Positions 15,278-29,862 of a DNA stretch of 64,000 bases are shown piece after piece; position 1 is the first letter of the stretch, and each line of letters starts with the position of its first letter. The position numbers were made by a program, and so were the translations under genes. The notes under the pieces were generated by a model. It saw nothing but the letters and a program-made list of their open reading frames with translations. It did not search any database and was not told the DNA's origin. This DNA comes from Octopus sinensis (taxonomy: Eukaryota), in NCBI RefSeq assembly GCF_006345805.1, contig NC_043009.1, forward strand, positions 23,312,001 through 23,376,000, written 5' to 3'.

Positions 15278-15799
15278 TTATCGTCCATTGTCTCAGGATA
15301 ATTCGTAATTCAAAGAAAGCAGTATATTTTTAAAATCGTATTTTCTACACAATTCCACATATTGCTTCTACTCTGGCAAATGGATTGCTAAACATACAAT
15401 CTGAGCACATCCGTTTCACCAATAACGCAGTAACAAACAAACCACCTTTCACTGTTCGCATTCATAATACCATGTGTATAGATTACATTCGCTGATTTAT
15501 TTATACGGCATCGTAATATTCGGTACAACATTTACCAAAGATGGTTCAATTACTGACTAGTTATATCAATTCGTGGATATGACTAATAATAAATCAGCTA
15601 GTTTTCTTACACAGTGATCCTAATTCGTAAATCAACTGAGAGTGTATATACTTCCCTACATCATTTACTGCTAGGTGCTGCATATAGTAAAGATGCATTT
15701 GGACAATAAAACAATATATAAATGCATCTTGTAGTAGCCTTCCTTACTGAAGAGAATATAACTGGCACCATGTTAACTGTTTTGTGTTGTTAATTAGCT

Positions 15800-16370
15800 C
15801 AGCCCATTCTTTTATTAATAGGTGCCATGAATATGTACAACTAGTTGACATTCAATTTTGGGATTTGTTAGATTACAAAGTTGAACCCAGAATTCTTTCA
15901 CGTTTATAGGGGGAAGTGTGCTTTCGTTTTTTAAGATTGTAATAGGCAATATATCCTTCATTTTGTAATGGCAGTTAATGGAATTTGAGAAATATTTGGC
16001 TACTATTTCTTGCAGACCAAGTAACTCCGTCAGAAGATACTTCCTTGAATCGTGCATGCTGTTGCTATTATTGAGTACACCTTACACACCATCCCCAGTC
16101 AACCCCCATCCAGCAGACTTATGATCTCAACTGTGGGCCCTTTCCTCCCCTTTTCCTCTTTTTGTATATTCGGAGTTACATGCATTTGTCCAATGCGTCC
16201 TTCGTTTCTTAAAGAAGATAGGGAGTGATTTTGGAGTAATTTGACTATTATTTCTAGCAGATAAAATATGCGTAGAGGCTTCCTCAATGGTTCGGTGTCG
16301 CTTGTAGATTTTACGCAAAGTTCTAGGTGTCCCATGAATAACACATCATTAAACATGAATATAATGTTAA
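15800..16370 (-). mobile_element. Possible decayed DNA-transposase (hAT-like) fragment
   Basis: Broken non-repetitive minus-strand ORFs with weak hAT C-terminal resemblance (KEFWVQLCNL); no TIRs found. Confidence 0.25.
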
Positions 16371-16637
16371 ATACTGCTTTATTTATGGGACATACTACAG
16401 GCTTGCTGCTTTCACTTGGCCGACTGATTCTCTGATTACCTGGTTCCCTAGCTACCTGGCTATCTGACTATCTGGATGGTTAATTACCTTCTTGATTGGT
16501 CGGTTATGTTATACTTTCCCTACCTTGATGGCGTGGGTAGACAGCTAGATGTATGAAGTTGATAAAACTGAGCTTGTTTGATGAATAGGTTTAGCGAGTG
16601 AACGAGCGAGCTGGCTGCTTGATTACGTAGATAGTAA

Positions 16638-16686
<49 letters not shown>

Positions 16687-17079
16687 ATGATATTCGGGCC
16701 TTTGGCAGCATCTAATTTTCTATCTTTGGCCTGCCAGCCAGACAGATAGACAGTCAGCCAGCCTGCCAGCCTTTTAAGGATGCAAGCGAATGGAAACACT
16801 GAAACTTTTCAGAAAATAGCCTGACTAAGTATGCAGGGAATTTTTGCTAAACACACACACACGCTTTTTATCTTTTCTCTCTCTCTCTCTCTCACTCCCC
16901 CTCCAACATATACAACTGCAAATAAGTATGTGAACGGTACATACACACACAAGCACATAAGCACATTATTATATGTGTGTGTGTGTGTGTATGTATATAT
17001 AGTCGTATGAGGAACTACATTTTCCAGGCACAAGAATTATTGGTGCAGCACAAATATTTATGACTCTATAATTCATATA

Positions 17080-17139
<60 letters not shown>

Positions 17140-17952
17140 CATACATACAAAAAAATTAGCAATGACTGAGCAAAGAACTCAGCATATATGTGTATACGTG
17201 TACATATGTGTTTCCGTGTGTGTGTGTTCATGTGTGTGTTTGAGTGTGTTCTTGACAATATGCATTTGTATTTACAAGTAATAACTGTGGGTGCTTCCTT
17301 CTCCGCTTTATTCTTATGTATATATGTTTGCGTGGCGTGTAAGTATATTCGCATGTAAAGTATGGGTGCCTCGCTTATCCGGTACACTTGAGGTGACCCC
17401 CCACCTCGTCATTAAAATTAGATCCTCATTGTAGTCAAAATAAATAAAAAATATATCAAAACCTGCTAAATAAAGCTAAAAACAATTGTCTAATTATTTG
17501 TATAACGAGTATCTTAAACTAAGAGGCAAGCTCCCGAGGGCAGTTTCGAATCTTGTTGGGGCTTTCACATTATTCACTATCTTAATATCCTTGGAAAGAA
17601 CATGAAAGTGTCAAAATTTCCAAACGTTATTTCCCTTAAAATATTAAAAGAAAGCTTAAGAAATTGGCTTTAAATAAACCAGTACCTTAAACTAAAGATG
17701 CTTATTCCGCTATTCCATCCCTCTCCCCCTCCCTTTCCCCTCCTCTCTGTTTTTGAAGTAACTGGGTGAACACTGCACTTATATCAACATTTTGTCCGTC
17801 TTTACGTTCTGAGTTCAAATTTCGTTGAGGTCATCTTTGACCTTCATCCCTATGGGGGTCGGTGAAATAAGTACCAGCTGAGCACTGTGGTTGAGATAAT
17901 CGTCTAATCCCCGCCTGCAAAATTTCGAACTTCGGGCTCTATAATAGGCAAG

Positions 17953-18015
<63 letters not shown>

Positions 18016-19117
18016 GTGGTGTTGTTGTATGGTACTTTTTTTTTACTTTAGTATGTGCTGGATAGTGCAATTGGTGCTGCTGTTAGTGATAATTTAACTC
18101 AGAGACAAAACCGGCTGCCGTTTTTGCATGTGACAGAAATTTGGGAGAAAATGTTATATTATGGTTGTGGGTCTTAACGAACGCTGCTCTCCGCTTCTCA
18201 TTCATCCATTTTTCATTATTTCATTATTCTTTCATCCATTCTATAAACCAATATATATTATTCATAAAATTACCCATTATTGTTGGTCAGCCTAAGATTA
18301 TAAGATGTATGTACTCTTAAATCTGTACAAATCGCTTTGTTTCAAATGAAAGCATAAGGTGCAATCAAATACTAATTTAAACAAGATAGTACAAAATATA
18401 AATATCATCAAACAAATAAAAAAATTCGCGAAATGGAACCCAATTAAAAACAAAACAAAAAAACTTTAACGACCCTCATCAACAACCAAATTAAAAATAT
18501 TAAAACATAAACAACACAAAAATAAAACAAAGATACGTTATAAGACCGTCCCAAATCAAATAAACAGACAAAAAAATTAAAAATTAAGAATAAATATAAA
18601 AGATACACACTAAAATATCTAATTTTTATTATATTGAAATCCAAAATGCAAACGGCAGCGTTTTTTGGCTTCAATGTGAAAAATTCCGCGGAAAAGCCAA
18701 CTTCACGAATGGAATAATTAAGGTTTGTTTTGAGATTAAAATTTAAAAATAAAATAAAACCATCCCCCCAAAAAAGAAAACCTATCTCTTTTCTTATAGA
18801 TTGTAAAGACACGACATATTGGATTTGATCAAAGTGAAATAGACAGAGCAGAAGCACGGTTTCGGGTATGTTGTAAGTGGTGTGCTAGGTTCAAACTCTA
18901 TCTCCGAAATAACCAAACCATAGTTGTACCTGGATTATCTTCTTCCCTCTCTGAATACAGTCTACTGTGATCCTTAACCCCTTTTATTTCTCAACCCTTC
19001 TGCTGTGCTGTTGTGGTTTACCCTCGACACGATTATTTATTATTTTTAATTTTTTTTTTTAGTTATTGATTGATTTATATTTTTATTTGGAATGCAATCT
19101 AATACCTCAAATAGGGA

Positions 19118-19159
<42 letters not shown>

Positions 19160-19411
19160 CAAACGGAATTCGCAAAATCTATAGCAAAAGCAGTTCTCAA
19201 GCTGACCAATCCTGATGTGCAATTTAACCATGTTTAAGGAAAACGAACTCAACCACATTCTCTGCCATTAAGTGATTTGAAACTACTAGCAACATGACGT
19301 GGCTTTGGTTAAGACTCTGTATAACTGACAAATATTTGGCCGCACTGAGCTACAAAACATTGCTAAGGAGAAAACCGACAATAAACTGTTGTTCTATTCA
19401 GGAAGAAAATG

Positions 19412-19544
<133 letters not shown>

Positions 19545-20789
19545 TTATAAACCCTCGAATCCTCAGATAAACCTCGACACACTGCAATTTAATTCTGTTA
19601 AAATGGTGGCAATAGAAGAGTAATTTTAGCAATGAACAAAAACTTAATTATTAAATTTATTTTCTGATTTCCTAAAAAAAATTGTGTAATTGCTGTGGTG
19701 TTTTACCCCCTCTTTTTTAAGTTTTAAGTTTTTAAGTTTATTTATTGTTTTTTTTTTTTTGCTTTTTCTTTATGAATTTTGTTTGCAAAACATTTAACTC
19801 TATATACCAGGATAATTCGCTAGTTGTATGGGAAGGAGATCAAGGAAAGTTACTTACGATAGACTTAGCTTCTTGTCTCTGTAGAAGGATTAGTGGAATG
19901 TTCAAATTGAACTCTCATCTTCCTGACGCTTTAGAAGCCAATGTTGGAGATTACATGGTTCGATGGGGGTCACAAGTTGATTACCTAATCTTTCATTTGA
20001 AATGGTTAAGTTGAAATGGTTAAGAAAAGGCTACATTAAAAGAAACAGAACATTAATATTTTGTCTACAGTTACCACAGTTTGGTTCCTTTCCACTTCAC
20101 ATTGCAACTTCGATCGGGCAGAATCTTGAACAAGGGTATTTTGACTGTGAGCCATTTTATCCTTTATTTTCAAACAGTGGACAACACTCTCCAACATAAT
20201 TTGAGAAAGATTTTGCTGCTGTTTCTAGTAAGCAAATGTATTGCAGTAAGTATTCCTTGGTGACGTGAACTGCAACAATAATAATAAAAAAAAACACTGC
20301 AAAGTTCTATTAACTGCAGAAGTCTACTATCAATATATATCGTCCTTCTCTGAGTTAATACAAATACGCTGTGGTCTTCTTCGAGTATTTCATCATCACC
20401 ATCAGCAGAAACATAAGCAGAAACACCTGTCCTAGTCTCTAAATAGATTCGATCTAAATTGATCCAATATAGATCTGTGTCAATTCTATCAAATGATTAG
20501 TTAGATTCTTGTCACGAAGGCATATGGTTTCCCATGTGTCCTCTTATAGTTCCTAGACTTTTATAAGAAAAATGTCAGCATTTTACAGCGTAAACGCTAC
20601 AAATAAATATAACATAAACTTTAGCCAACAGGTATATGTCGTTTTTAGAAACGACGGAAAATGCATTTTTTAAACAATATGGATTAATAGGAATGATCAA
20701 GACATGCTATGGTATATGAAACATTTGTTCATACGTCTGTCAGCAGACCGAGAGCTCACCAGGCCAGAGATTAACCTGGTTTTCATATC

Positions 20790-21015
20790 ATAAAGTAACT
20801 TAAGATTAGACCACTCTCCAGCCGAAACGGGACACCAGTCTTTCATAGGGTTAAGTTCTCAGCTATTGCCGGAACTCGTTTACGGTTGAGTGAACTAGGG
20901 CAATGTGAAATGAAGTGCTTTGCTGAAGAACACGAAGCACTGCCCGGTCTGGGAATCGAAGACAATGATCTTAGAATCGTGGATACAACGCCCTAACCGC
21001 TAGGCCGTTCGCCTT
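20790..21015 (-). mobile_element. tRNA-derived SINE related to family D
   Basis: Shares the gagtgaac..caatgtgaaatgaagtg..gggaatcgaa block with 43325-43583. Confidence 0.7.
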
Positions 21016-21826
21016 TACTATAAGAGTCAGAAACTCAAAGAAGTATTTCTCGACTTTAAACGAATATTGGAATTTTCATGTATCAATAAATAAATAAATA
21101 AATAAATAAAATCAAAAATTAAAATAACCATTAAAGTTATAGAACAAGGTTATTTTTTTTTCTAGGGGCTTTTTTTTTTTGCTTTTTAATTTATTTGGCT
21201 ATTTCATATAGCATACCTGTGTGTTGGATGTCATTCCGATTTAAAAAAACAAAACAAACAAAAACACAAATATCATAATGAAGTAACTTAAATGAACACT
21301 CATCACCATTCCATCATATCTATCCACAAAAATGGTTTAGAAAGCAAGAATTAGCAAATATGGTGGAAGAAAGTTTATATATATATATATACGTATGTAT
21401 GTATGTATATAAATATATATATATATATATGTGTGTGTTTGTGTGTGCGTACACACACGTATGTATCTATGTGTGTGTGAATGTATTCATACACCACGGA
21501 TACTCAGAGTTTTTCGTTCCTTGCACATTATTCAAGTATTGAAGTATAATCAATGAAAAATAAGAAAAGAAAATATCTCTCGAAGTATCGAAAAGAACGC
21601 TTTTGCCTTAGTATATTTTTAGTCTTGTAGAATCAAAGTTAGGAAGCACGAGTCAGGAACTAAAACTTCCAAATATATTAGCAGTTTAACCGTCCGTTAT
21701 AGTTGCATGTTGTAGATAGTTAAACAACAATCGAACTTTGAAGACATTAACCCTCCTATTATGATACGTTCTACTTTAGATTCTTTTAACATGTGTATCT
21801 CCTTGTTTCTAAACAGTAAAAGGTAA

Positions 21827-21896
<70 letters not shown>

Positions 21897-22157
21897 AACA
21901 AACTAATACAGTTCATTTAAATGGAAGCAAGTTTGAACCCTATGGGAAAGTCTTAAAAATGACGTGATAAAAGAAGAAAAAATTTCATTAAAAGTGTAAG
22001 TATGATTTTGCAGTTAAGAAGCTTGCGTTGCAATCACATGGTTTCGAACTCAATTCCACTCTGCAGCGACTAAGGCAAGTGCCTTCTTCTGCTGTAGCCC
22101 CGGGCCGACCAATGCCTTGTGAGTTTGGTATACAGAAACTGTGTGGAAGCTCTTCGA

Positions 22158-22214
<57 letters not shown>

Positions 22215-23133
22215 AATATAAATATATATATATACACAAATATAAATGTGTGTGTATGTGTGTGCATGTGTGTCTATGTGTGTCTTCGTATCTGTGCTTG
22301 TATCACGACCGCTTGACAGCCGTTGTTGGCTTGTTTACGTCTCCGTAACAAAGCATTTCGATACAAGTCCCGATAGAACGAGTACCAAACATCCCCCCCC
22401 CCCCAAAAAAAGAAAATGTACAGGTACGATTTTCCCGATTGAAACATTTCAAAGTGGTGCCACAGCATGGCCGCAGTCTATTGACGGAAACAAGTAAAAT
22501 GTAAAAGACAAGGATAAAATTTACTAGAATTGTCCTTCTAATTCACTAACTTGTAACACTTCTGTGAAAAAGGTATATTACACTTCTTTTTCGTTTTCGG
22601 TATACGTTTCGTGTAGATGGTGATCATTTTAGAAATGTGGAAATTTTCTTCTCGGGTTATTTAAAAAATTCTAATTGAGAAACTACTTATTAGCAGAAAA
22701 TGCCTAGAGATACTAAAGATCACTCAGTGATGATAGCACGAGAAATTCAACTCCATTTATTCCACCCTCACTCAACATTTAATCTATTCATCAGATACTC
22801 ATACACTAACGCCATTTTAACATATCACCTGCATGCAACGTAATATATTTTTCTACATTTGTTCATTTTATTTTATGTTCATTTAATGTATTTTTTTTTA
22901 TTTTGCTTTTATTTTGATAATTGTTCTTTTACAATTTTCACATAGTATTTTTTAGATTACATCTAACAATTCCAAAAATTTATATAACTAAATAAATAAA
23001 AACGTAAATAAAATGAATATTCATCAAAAACAAAAAAGAACAAGAAAATTACTTTCCGAAAACGAATTAAAAATTGATATTGTTATTGTTTAAATTCACA
23101 TTGTTAACACAATTTAACTAAGCCGTTGCAATT

Positions 23134-23170
<37 letters not shown>

Positions 23171-23216
23171 CTCCGACAGTTGCTTTTAGTTTATTTTTTA
23201 GTTTTTTTCTATATTT

Positions 23217-23286
<70 letters not shown>

Positions 23287-23423
23287 CAAATTTAATACTC
23301 TGCACCCATACACATGCACACACACACACACACACAAACAGAGGCATAGACATTTTAATAATGTACGAACTGAATCATACATGTATTAATATATTCTTTC
23401 ACTTGTTATTTTTCTTCATCCAG

Positions 23424-23480
23424 TTAAGAATCAGGGAGCTGGAAGATGCTTTAGACTCCGAGAGGGACAGCAGGATCAGA
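23424..23480 (+). CDS. Prm: Paramyosin exon 2 (LRIRELEDALDSERDSRIR)
   Basis: tttcttcatccag| acceptor, 57 nt, |gtaagt donor, phase 0/0. Confidence 0.93.
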
Positions 23481-23867
23481 GTAAGTAAAATATATATTTA
23501 TCTTTCACGTTTCCCAACACTATAATGTACCCAGGGATTGCAGTCCGTTATTGATAACTCCCACTCGTCAATCTAATTAGATTAAAAATACTTTCCTCCA
23601 CCTTGGTGGAAAATAATTCGAGGACTGACGATGTCGTTACTCTGGCAGTAAGCATAACGTACGAGAGCAGTGACCATCGCTGTATAATCTATCCAAATTG
23701 ATCCATTGAGGGAGTATCTAGGAGGTCGGTAAGCCTAATACAAATAACAATAAAATCTTTCAAGTTATACTTTACCGTCATAAGCAGGGGATATTTATTT
23801 GGCTGCATTTGTATATTTTGCTGTCCATTCGCGCCCTAGTTAACACTCTAATTATATTTAACAAGCA

Positions 23868-24243
23868 TGGAGGGGCAATAGCCCAGTGGTTAGGGCAGCG
23901 GAATCGCGGTCGTAGGATCGCTATTTCGATTTCCAGACCAGGCGTTGTGAGTGTTTATTGAGCGAAAACACTTAAAGCCCCACGGCAGGGGGTGGTGGAG
24001 AACCCTGCTGTACTCTTTCACCACAACTTTCTCTCACTCTTTCTTCCTGTTTCTGTTGTATCCGTATTTCAAAGGGGGCAGCCTCGTCACACTCTGTGTC
24101 ACGCTGAATCTCCCTGAGAACTACGTTAAGGGTACACGTGTCTGTGGAGTGCTCAGCCACTTGTATGTTAATTTCATGAGAAGGTTGTTCAATTGATCGG
24201 ATCCATTGGAACCCTCGTCGTCGCAACCGACGGAGTGCCACGA
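23868..24243 (+). mobile_element. Full-length tRNA-derived SINE (family B) with a 12-bp TSD
   Basis: A-box TAGCCCAGTGG and B-box-like ATTTCGATTTCC. ATTTAACAAGCA is duplicated at 23856-23867 and 24244-24255. A second copy lies at 29166. Confidence 0.88.
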
Positions 24244-24857
24244 ATTTAACAAGCACTAAACGGCTGGTCGACTAGCTACAAACTATAGTCAAATCTCGTT
24301 CGAACGATATTCTCCTACAGCATAGAGATTCACATCAGGGAAGTCCAAGGTACACTATGCTCGAAGAAAACAACAAAAATCGTGATTGTTACGGTTGGAA
24401 TTATTTTCATTATAGGTCTGATTCGATAATGTAGTCCTAGATATACTACACCTGGAAAACACAGACGTGATGGTAAGGATTGAATTGTCCTTCATCAAAC
24501 GCATGCTCTGTCACAATGGACAACATGCTAAATATCTCTAAACCAAGAGAGAGTTATAAACTCGTGTGCCGCTGGATTGAGGTTATAACCTTGAAGACTG
24601 TGCCGTCTTATTTGAAATTTATTTATGTCTTATTTAATATTAATGTTTCCTTACATTAACACAAATTTATGTATTTATTGGGGTGGAGTGTCATTCTTTT
24701 GACCAAGGGTAGATGGAAAGCAATGTTTACGCCTGTGGGTTTAGGAACCAGACGGTAAAGGAACGTTATTAAATGCTTCCGGGCATTTTGCTGGTCCTTC
24801 CGATTCATTATAAATAATTAATTTATGATTATATATATAAATGTATAACGATGATAT

Positions 24858-24916
<59 letters not shown>

Positions 24917-24940
24917 TTTCTTTTTTTTCTCCCCCTCCAG

Positions 24941-25027
24941 TTCGAGAAACTCGCAGCAGAACATGCTATTCTTATTGATTCATTGAACGAACGTCTCGAA
25001 GATGTTGGTTTAACTTCCATCTCACAG
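24941..25027 (+). CDS. Prm: Paramyosin exon 3 (FEKLAAEHAILIDSLNERLEDVGLTSISQ)
   Basis: ttttctccccctccag| acceptor, 87 nt, CAG|gttagt donor. Confidence 0.93.
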
Positions 25028-26124
25028 GTTAGTATTTAACGTGTTATTGAAACAATGTGCGTGACTGTGTCTTTTGTATGAATGCTGTATAAGTGTGTGC
25101 CTGCACATACTTGTTATAGAAAAGAGACCACACAATCTTAATTAAGAACCTTATTGTACTACCGCTATTTGTGTATATATCGTATATCAACAATTCGGTC
25201 CATCTAGCTTGTTAACTGGCTAGTTGGGTTGACGATCCAAATTCACGTGGGGAATGATGGGCCTCGTCTAGTCAACTCATTCAAACCAGTTATAAATTGA
25301 GCATATGCATAGGGACAGTTGAACACAAAGTAATGAATATATAATATTGAGACAGTATGAATAACAACCACCCTCTACAAAAGAAAAAAAAGTGTATTGG
25401 AGTCCTTCCATGATGTCTGCACCATAACAGAATCACACCAACGCCATGTTTCAATTATTTTTACTAATTTCACTGCCTGATGAGATATCGTCTTGCGTAT
25501 TCGGTGGCTGAGTACACCAACGCTTTCAAATCTTAATTGTCTACCCTTAATTTCACCGTGACATCAAAGGCGAGCCCAATATATCTGACCCAAATTTTAC
25601 CTTTTAAACATGAACCAACGAGGAAGACCACTCTATGGTCACACAACCTACAAAAAAAATCATAAATATAGACGCATACATATCTGAATGAATAATAAGC
25701 TCGCTTTGTAGCCATGCGGTTTAAGGTCCTTTCCTACGATGCGGCACCTGGGACAGATGTCTTCTTCTCTAGGTCTAGGCACCTTGTGAATGATTTTGGT
25801 AGACGGGAAACTGTGCAGAAGACCGTGTGTGTGTGGGGGGTGTATTTTCCTCACTGCTTGACAACCGGTGTTGATTTATTTACATCGCTGTAACTTAGCG
25901 GTTCGGTAACAGAAACAGATAGAATAAGCACCAATCTTAAAAACAAAAATAAATATTGGGGACAATTTGTTCAACTAAAATTCTTCGAGGCGGTGCTCCC
26001 AGAATGGCTGCTTTCAATGACTAAAACAAGTGAAAGATAATAAGCATTGTTTTTGAAAGCAAAATGGCGGAAGGTTAATGGGAGGGGGGCTGGAATAGCT
26101 TTGTTGTGAGTTTTAAATTTAGAA

Positions 26125-26400
26125 GGCGCATGGCCCAGTGGTTTGAGCGTTGGACTCATGATCATAAGGTCATAGTTTCGATTCCCAGAACGGGCGTTGT
26201 AGTCTTGAGTAAAAACACTTCATCTTACGTTGCCCCAGTCCAGTCAGCCGTAAATGAGTTCCAACAATAGCTAGAAAGTTAACTCAGGGTGAGTGGGTTG
26301 TAATTTCAGTCCTTTATATACCATGCAAACCGAGTTAAGCTCCGGCCTTTCGAGTCTTAAGGCTCATAACAGATTTGTATGAGTCGAATAAATGAGGGAT
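26125..26400 (+). mobile_element. tRNA-derived SINE upstream of exon 4
   Basis: GGCGCATGGCCCAGTGG A-box, GTTTCGATTCC B-box, and the shared central block. Confidence 0.75.
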
Positions 26401-26461
26401 AAATAACAAGAAAATAAGCCCTTAAAAGACGTTCCTAATGTATGTTATATTTGTTTTCCAG

Positions 26462-26628
26462 AGTGAACTCGCTCGCAAGAAGGACAGTGAGGTGATCAAA
26501 CTCCGAAAAGACCTTGACCTTGCTATTACTCAACATGAGAGCACTGAACAAAGTCTTAGGAAGCGCCATCAAGAGACAATCAACGATCTGTCTGAACAGA
26601 ATGATTACCTCACAAAACAGAAAAACAG
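26462..26628 (+). CDS. Prm: Paramyosin exon 4 (SELARKKDSEVIKLRKDL...YLTKQKN-R)
   Basis: tttgttttccag| acceptor, 167 nt, AG|gttcgt donor in phase 2. Confidence 0.93.
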
Positions 26629-26789
26629 GTTCGTAACATTTAAAATAATTCACACATGCACACATACATACGTGCATACTTACATTGATACAGATGCACA
26701 TATATACATACAAACACACATGCGCCTCAGAGGAGCGGGCGTGAGGTCTTCTCATGCTCTTTATAACTGATTCAAATAATATAAAGATT

Positions 26790-27106
26790 CACTTCGGTCA
26801 TGAATGACCATGAGATTCCACCTAGAAAGTTACCCTCTGAGGCACAAGTTCGGGCAAGGTTGTTTATGGAAAACCAGCAGTCGCCCATGCATACCAGCCT
26901 TTCCTTTCCATGCCACTGATGTTATCCAAGGGAAAGGCAAAATCCCATACAGTTTGGCACCAGTGATGTCGCACCTCTTTTCTACAGCTGAGTGAACTGG
27001 CGCAACATGAAGTAAAGTGTCTTGCTCAAGACACAGCCCGATTCAGGAATCGAACTCACTACCGCCTGATTGTGAGCCTGATCCTCTAACCACTGAGCCA
27101 TGCGCC
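26790..27106 (-). mobile_element. tRNA-derived SINE downstream of exon 4
   Basis: Reverse complement begins GGCGCATGGCTCAGTGG...GAGTTCGATTCC; the head is homologous to 26125-26258. Confidence 0.78.
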
Positions 27107-27283
27107 TTGCCTTCACAGTTCTCTATATAGACTAATGGTTCCGGTTGCATGGAGCCTTCGGCAAGTGCCTTCTACTATAGCATCGAGCCGGCCAATATCT
27201 TGTGAGTGGATTTGGTAGTCGGGAAGTGAAAGAAACCTGTCGAACACACACACTCACAAACACACACACACACACGCGCACAC

Positions 27284-27339
<56 letters not shown>

Positions 27340-28678
27340 ATGTATGTAAATACGATGTGAGTGTAAACTTTATAGTTTGCTTTCAAAGCTCGGCTACATA
27401 TGCCGGCCAGCAAATGTTATACAATGAGAATGATCATATTACTGGATATATATATCTGTAATTCCGTAATATCTATAAACTTCATGCAAAGTTATGAATA
27501 GCAGAAAATGGATTGAGCAACAATTTTATTGCGTAAGTCTACAATTGTTTCCACGTCGTTTATATATATATGATTGTGTGTATGTACTTATTTATTTACG
27601 TACACATATGTCTGTCTATAGCCATATATGGATTTATATCTTACCGTCTAAATGTTTCTAATGCTGGTAATTAATGGCAGAACAAGGGAAGCAATGAATG
27701 TAAAGGTAAATATGGAAAGAAATAGGAAAATAGAAATAAAAATAGATTAAAATATGTAGAACAGTATAGAATAAAAATAAGTAAAAATAAAACAGTAAAA
27801 ATTTGAAATATGGCTAAAAATATTAAATAAAAATAAGATAAAAATAGAACTAACTAAAACAGAAGTTAAAAAGCAAAATAAAAATATATAACTAAAAAGT
27901 AGATATAATAAATAAAATGAGGAATAATTATTTAATGAAAAATCAGGTGAAAAATTACAAACAAATCGTTGTTAAATACATACTTAAACATATATATTTT
28001 AACATTTATGGTTTTATATATTCCTGTATTTTTCTTTATAGTCATTAGTTTCCCTTGTCTTTCGTTTACCTCAAACTGAAATAATTAGATGGAAAGATTT
28101 AGATCTAGAAAGATATATAGATAGACGGACATGGGCATGAATATGTGTGTATGTGTGTGTGTGCGTGGTTGTGTGAGAGAGAGAGAGAGTGTGTGTGTGT
28201 GTGTACACGCATATATAAATACAAGCAAATATATACAAATACATACATTGCATATACACATACATATTTACGGACACATATATACGTATAAACATATATG
28301 CACGTACATTGTGTATGTGTGTGTGTGTGTGTGTGCGTGTGTATGTATGTGTAGGCTAAGAAGGTCAAAACTCCGAAGTCACAATCAACATATGTGTGTG
28401 TGTATGTATGTATGTATGTATGTATGTATGTATAGGTATATGTATACACATATATGAATAGAACTGATAAGAGAAGTGAAGTTAGAGAACTGATATCTAT
28501 TCCATTCGTTTACAGCTGTTCCATAAACTTGTCATATGTATAATAGACATTTGCACTTATATAAGATATATGTGTGTGAACGCCCATACATACATACATA
28601 TATGAGGGAGAGAGAGAAATGTCGATGTTTGATTATCGCAAATAAAAATAAATATTATATCTTTCATTTCTTCAACAG

Positions 28679-28757
28679 AATCGATAAAGAAAAGTCACAA
28701 CTTCTCATTGAAATTGATGGATTGCAGACCACTTTAGATTCAGTTTCGAAGGCCAGG
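28679..28757 (+). CDS. Prm: Paramyosin exon 5 (IDKEKSQLLIEIDGLQTTLDSVSKAR)
   Basis: tttcttcaacag| acceptor, 79 nt (phase 2 to 0), AGG|gtaagg donor. Confidence 0.93.
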
Positions 28758-29017
28758 GTAAGGATATGCCTTTTTTCATCCATAAATACCGACCGTTTCT
28801 CCACTGCAGACTAATATTTTTCACAAATACACTGGTATACATATCGTCTGAATAACATACCTATAAAACACATCCACACAGACACTTTGTGCGCTCATAC
28901 AAACGTTAACATTAACATGAATATATTTTCATACACCTCTCTCTCTCTCTTACTCCCCCCTCTCTCTGGCAATGTACAAATTCGCATACATACATATATA
29001 CATACAAACATAATACA

Positions 29018-29163
<146 letters not shown>

Positions 29164-29165
29164 TG

Positions 29166-29530
29166 TGGAGGCGCAATGGCTCAGTGGTTAGGGCAGTGGA
29201 CTCGCGGTCATAGGATCGCGGTTTCGATTCCCAGACCGGGCGTTGTGAGTGTTTATTGAGCGAAAAACACCTAAAGCTTCCACGAGGCTCCGGCAGGGGG
29301 GGGGTGATCCCTGCTGTACTCTTTCACCACAACTTTCTCTCACTCTTACTTCCTGTTTCTGTTGTACCTGTATTTCAAAGGGCCGGCCTGTCACTCTCTG
29401 TGTCACGCTGAATATCCCCGAAATTAAGGGTACACGTGTCTAAGGGTAGCCCACGTTTTACGTAGCTGTGTTGATTCGGCAGCCCTTACCCGTTCGATCT
29501 TACACGAGCAGTGTTCCGTTATTATAGGTC
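29166..29530 (+). mobile_element. tRNA-derived SINE (family B), second copy, with a garbled 3' part
   Basis: TGGCTCAGTGG A-box and GTTTCGATTCC B-box. Highly similar to 23868-24140 up to about 29440, then only loosely similar. Confidence 0.85.
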
Positions 29531-29596
29531 AATTCTATATATATACATATATATTACGTATATTATATACCGTATAGTGCATATATATATATATAT

Positions 29597-29652
<56 letters not shown>

Positions 29653-29823
29653 CACACACGATTGTCATTCTGAATCTGTATATACACTTGTAAAGCACTA
29701 CATAAATACACATATATTATATATATATACATACACATACACAAACATGTGTATATATATACATATATATACACTTATTCATTTGTTGCACATTCTAAGC
29801 TATTTCATAATCATTCTTGTACT

Positions 29824-29862
<39 letters not shown>

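Noticed and set aside
18112-18660. Short inverted match gctgccgtttttgcat / atgcaaacggcagc about 530 bp apart
   Set aside because: Too short and imperfect, with no TSD; cannot be distinguished from chance.
21780-21828. Possible poison micro-exon cag|TAAAAG|gtaagc (or a 43-nt version)
   Set aside because: Such site pairs are expected by chance in a 23-kb intron, and there is no supporting evidence without RNA data.
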